Below, piece by piece: positions 26,343-30,133 of a stretch of DNA of 30,133 nt. The stretch lies in IMG/VR virus record IMGVR_UViG_3300033518_000070, positions 1 through 30,133 of that record; one strand, 5' to 3'. This DNA is from a virus (lineage: Duplodnaviria; Caudoviricetes). Position 1 is the stretch's first letter; each line of letters starts with the position of its first letter. The position numbers and the translations under genes were made by a program. The notes beneath the pieces are model-generated. The model was not told where the DNA came from. It was given only the letters and a program-made list of their open reading frames with translations, and ran no database searches.

Positions 26343-28626
26343 AATAATCAATACTGAATACTCTGACGATTTTGGAAACATAAACACATTCGCAAAGTTT
26401 AACGCAGGCGATAGGGTTACGCTAAAATTACTAATTGAATCAAGTATTAAAATGAGTTCAATTACAAACCCTATGCCGTTGGATTATACGACATTGGAGG
26501 TTACAAGTTCGTCTATTAGTTGGATTGATGAGGGTTTTAGAACTGGTGACGATATTCGAGTAACTAGATATACCCAATTTGGAGTTGTTTTAAGTACATA
26601 TACAACCACTGTATTATATGTTGATGCACAGATTTTAAAACTACAAAACGAGTATTCAGGTTGGTATTTACAAACTAATCAGGAAAGTATAACTATTGAG
26701 GTTATTAATAGAAACCGTGAAAGTGTTGAATTTCGATTGAATTTAGTTAAAAACGGTATTGCAGGAAACGAATTTTCGTTAATTGACGGACAGGCTACTA
26801 GGTTTATATATCCTATGATTTCAATTTTAGGTATTGGTTTTAATACTAGTGCCGTATTAGTAGGAAATCAATCGGGACAGGCGTTAATTTATTCAGAAGT
26901 TTTAAGGCTTCCAAACGCTGGAGATGCTTATGTTTATGAGTTTGAAATTTCATTTATATCAACGGGTTTTTATGATGCTGAATGGTTTGATTCAAGTGGT
27001 TGCTTAAAGCCATATGTTAAAATGCTTTGGAGTTCAATAAATAATGAACCTTATGCGCAAACTGTAAAAATTCTAAACGACAATGCTAATACAGGATTCT
27101 ATGACGAGTTTAATAATTCGACACCTAGTGATTCAACTTTTATAAGTGGTTTAATTACTGAGCTAGATTATTCAATACCTACTAATTTTTCTTTTGTAAT
27201 TTCTGGCGATTTATCACAAATAGGAATCGGTGGCGCTTATATATCGGTAGATGACACTTATTACAAAAATAAAATCCAATCACAACAAAGTTTGGCAATG
27301 GTTGCCCATACTCGTAATGTTTTTATATCGCCACTATTGTCAGATGTTAATCCGTTAAATGCTGGTTATTCAATTGTAATAAATTCATTTTCTTCAGTAG
27401 GGTCTAATCATACAATAAACGCCACTTTTATTCCAAATGCAAATTTTACTTCATTTATAGACAGTCAAGAAGATGGCAATCGCTTATTTTATTTATGGGT
27501 AAGGGGTGGTAATTGTAATTATTTGTTATTTCAAGAACAATTAACAACCGTACCGCCAACTGGAGGACCTTTAATTATGGTTGATACTATTGAATTTTTA
27601 GACCATTCGCAAAATGTAGTTGATAATTCAATTAGTATTCCAAATGATGAAATAATTAATTTATATGACACCGAAGATGACTTGGCTTTTTTTGGACGTT
27701 TTAAATTAGAACAATATGCTGTTTATGATAGATTGAATATAAGGATTGAGGGTTTTAATACGGGTACAAATGAAGATTTTATATTACAACAGCACTCTTT
27801 TAGTTTTAATTCCGTTCAAATTTCAAATGATGGCAAATATTTACTAGATGAATCTTTGTCTATTAATCCGTTAATGCCTAATACTTCTTTTAAAATTAAT
27901 TCACTTTTTAAGCGTGATAATTCAATTGATTTAGGTAATGAATATGGCGTTTCAATTTATTATCCAATTGTGATTAGATGGGAGTATTGGTTACAGCAGT
28001 TGAATGCAAGTGTCGATTTTTACCCTAATCAAAACAAAAATTGGCAACAGTACTCACAAAATGGTGATTGGATTTTAAGATTAAAATTGGAATTAATAAA
28101 AGACGGACTTGCGTATAATTATGAAGCTGAAATTATAGATTTTACGTATGATAATGAAGCTGAAATAACGTCTACAATTGAATTAATACGTGAAATTGAT
28201 AATACAATTATAGATATTATACCAATTGGCGAAATGATGCGAATTAGAGCAACTCATACGCTAATTAACGGTATATGGGATGTCAATAAAACATGGGGTC
28301 AAATTAGAGTTTATCCAACTGAAAACGCCCCACCTTGGATAAGCTCAACTACTATTGCTTTTGATAATAACGGTAGTAATCCTTTAAGTCCTATAATAGG
28401 ACAATTTGCCTCTTTGACGTTTCCAAGTATGGAAACGGCAGTAGTGGAATGTATATTTGATACGTCTAAATTAAACCTATCAAATGGGGCTACAATTACC
28501 GCAAAAATAAAAGATTTAAACAAACAATCACCATTAATACAAAAAACAGGCAGGTCTAAAACATTCGGAGAATTTATAAAAACAACTTCGCCCATATCTT
28601 TGAATATTAAAACCGTGTCAAGTTAA
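26332..28626 (+). CDS. Putative beta-rich virion structural (tail/baseplate) protein
   Basis: 764 aa, S/T/N/I-rich, in the tail module. Confidence 0.55.
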   Translation: MPVRIINTEYSDDFGNINTFAKFNAGDRVTLKLLIESSIKMSSITNPMPLDYTTLEVTSSSISWIDEGFRTGDDIRVTRYTQFGVVLSTYTTTVLYVDAQILKLQNEYSGWYLQTNQESITIEVINRNRESVEFRLNLVKNGIAGNEFSLIDGQATRFIYPMISILGIGFNTSAVLVGNQSGQALIYSEVLRLPNAGDAYVYEFEISFISTGFYDAEWFDSSGCLKPYVKMLWSSINNEPYAQTVKILNDNANTGFYDEFNNSTPSDSTFISGLITELDYSIPTNFSFVISGDLSQIGIGGAYISVDDTYYKNKIQSQQSLAMVAHTRNVFISPLLSDVNPLNAGYSIVINSFSSVGSNHTINATFIPNANFTSFIDSQEDGNRLFYLWVRGGNCNYLLFQEQLTTVPPTGGPLIMVDTIEFLDHSQNVVDNSISIPNDEIINLYDTEDDLAFFGRFKLEQYAVYDRLNIRIEGFNTGTNEDFILQQHSFSFNSVQISNDGKYLLDESLSINPLMPNTSFKINSLFKRDNSIDLGNEYGVSIYYPIVIRWEYWLQQLNASVDFYPNQNKNWQQYSQNGDWILRLKLELIKDGLAYNYEAEIIDFTYDNEAEITSTIELIREIDNTIIDIIPIGEMMRIRATHTLINGIWDVNKTWGQIRVYPTENAPPWISSTTIAFDNNGSNPLSPIIGQFASLTFPSMETAVVECIFDTSKLNLSNGATITAKIKDLNKQSPLIQKTGRSKTFGEFIKTTSPISLNIKTVSS

Positions 28627-28643
28627 TTTTATATATTTGTGAC

Positions 28644-29495
28644 ATGATTCAAGAAAGAATTAAAAGAGAATTTAAAGCTATAAAATTACCCGAAATTTTC
28701 AACGAAGAAAATAGAGGTTATTACCGTTGCTGTAAAACTCAATTAGTACTTGCTAGCGAATCAAATGACACCTGGAAAAGCGATATCACACCATCATGGA
28801 TAAAATTATCAGACCCAGCGGATAGCGTTCAATTTGTGTTAAAAAAATGCGGTGAAATCACAAATTATATACCAACATCTAACGAATTTATAAATGAGCC
28901 AAATGCGTTTTTTACTCAAATTGAGTGGATTGACGTTCTTAATTCAGATGGTCCAGGAATTTACACATTAAACATCGTAGCGAATATTTCGGGTATTCCT
29001 TTCGATTTTCAATGGGGAGTATATAACTTATTAGAGTTTTCAATTGAAAACGCACTTTATACAGCAAGAATAAAAGCCGTTTTTAATAGTTACCATGAAA
29101 TTGAGGGTATTGATTTTACTAATAGCAATGTTATAGGTACGTTTAGATTTTATGGAGTTATTGGTTCTAGGCAGCCTAATAAGCAAATTGATAATATTAT
29201 ATTTGATGACAGGCAGATGAGTTCGGTTGTTCGTGAAAATCTTAATATTTGGGAGCTGAAAACAGACCCAACAAATGAGGAGGTTACTAAAATTATTACA
29301 GATTTATATTTGCTTTCTGAAAATAGGCTTTTTATATCAGATTATAACGCCCATAATCATAGTTATAGAATTAACGACATACCCGTAATATTAGAAGAAA
29401 CAGACGAACTTGAATATATAGAAGATACTAGAGAAGCGGTTTTAAAAGCAAAATTTAGTGATAAATTTAAAGATAAAAGAACTTATTTTAAATGA
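28644..29495 (+). CDS. Putative tail structural protein
   Basis: 283 aa in the tail module. Confidence 0.5.
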   Translation: MIQERIKREFKAIKLPEIFNEENRGYYRCCKTQLVLASESNDTWKSDITPSWIKLSDPADSVQFVLKKCGEITNYIPTSNEFINEPNAFFTQIEWIDVLNSDGPGIYTLNIVANISGIPFDFQWGVYNLLEFSIENALYTARIKAVFNSYHEIEGIDFTNSNVIGTFRFYGVIGSRQPNKQIDNIIFDDRQMSSVVRENLNIWELKTDPTNEEVTKIITDLYLLSENRLFISDYNAHNHSYRINDIPVILEETDELEYIEDTREAVLKAKFSDKFKDKRTYFK

Positions 29496-29740
29496 AAACA
29501 ATATCTATAATTGGTAATTATTTAGTCATTACAAGCGGAACATATATTTTATTTGAAATTCCAATCATTGATTGTTATGTAAATAGAATTAACGATATTT
29601 ACAATATTATTGGATTGAAAACAAAACTTATATACTTAATTGATTATAGGGATATTTCTAATTATGAAGATAGTACGATGACGCCTTTTAATGTTTCATC
29701 TTTTGAATCATTTTATAGAACAAACACGGGGTTAATTTAA
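29492..29740 (+). CDS. Hypothetical protein
   Basis: 82-aa ORF, ATGA-coupled to the previous gene. Confidence 0.55.
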   Translation: MKTISIIGNYLVITSGTYILFEIPIIDCYVNRINDIYNIIGLKTKLIYLIDYRDISNYEDSTMTPFNVSSFESFYRTNTGLI

Positions 29741-29751
29741 ACAATAAAAAA

Positions 29752-30133
29752 ATGCAAATAAATGAATATCCAATAGCGTTAACTAATCTACAAAATGTAG
29801 ATTTATTCGATGTTGATAGATGGGATGGGGTGGCTTATTATGAAAGCGCAAAAATGACTTGGGCAGATTTAAAAGCAACTATACAATCTTCTTTAACAAC
29901 AACAAATATAGGTATTTCAGACCTGTTAATAACTGACAATATTCGTAAATTAAAACTTGCTGGAGGTACATCAGGACAATCTTTCGGGGTTTGGTCTACT
30001 GATGGAACATCTGGAAAATTAATAGTTTACGGAACAGGTGATACTTATATTCAAAATAGAATAGTAGTTGGGTATGATCCAAATTTATTAGGAACAACGT
30101 GGGGAAATGCTTTTGCTGCGCCAGCATCTAGTA
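29752..30133 (+). CDS. Putative tail fibre / receptor-binding protein, 3'-truncated (not in the ORF track)
   Basis: ATG 29752 gives MQINEYPIALTNLQNVDLFDVDRWDG...ESAKMTWADLK...GGTSGQSFGVWSTDG, open to the window end and G/T/S-rich. Confidence 0.55.
   Translation, partial: MQINEYPIALTNLQNVDLFDVDRWDGVAYYESAKMTWADLKATIQSSLTTTNIGISDLLITDNIRKLKLAGGTSGQSFGVWSTDGTSGKLIVYGTGDTYIQNRIVVGYDPNLLGTTWGNAFAAPASS

Noticed and set aside
45-28595. Minus-strand ORFs in the track
   Set aside because: All are short antisense shadows of well-supported + strand genes and show no recognisable motifs.
1-30133. Stop-codon reassignment
   Set aside because: Standard-code ORFs tile the window densely and hallmark proteins are full length.

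Overview
AT-rich tailed-phage DNA, probably a siphovirus of a Bacteroidota/Flavobacterium-like host (TAnnTTTG promoters, BT4734/VirE primase, DUF3127-like SSB). All credible genes are on the + strand. Layout: (i) 1-2400, accessory genes; (ii) 2430-3140, two small ORFs, a terminator and a candidate origin; (iii) 3229-11208, replication/recombination genes; (iv) 11250-end, packaging, HK97-type head, tail tube, tape measure and tail-tip/fibre genes. The most striking part is the first 2.4 kb, which looks like an integron-like gene-cassette array inside a phage, with no integrase in the window. Three 124-127 bp TAAC...GTTA hairpins separate single genes. Each gene is bracketed by its own 15-bp inverted ends, each hairpin loop carries four 18/19-bp-spaced AGCAC-like motifs, and a lone half-site ends the array at about 2380. 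The cargo includes an Acb2/Tad1-like putative signal sponge and a DNA methyltransferase whose start codon lies inside the upstream hairpin. Several clues suggest the cassettes have inverted polarity relative to classical integrons. All calls come from reading the sequence by eye; no searches were run.
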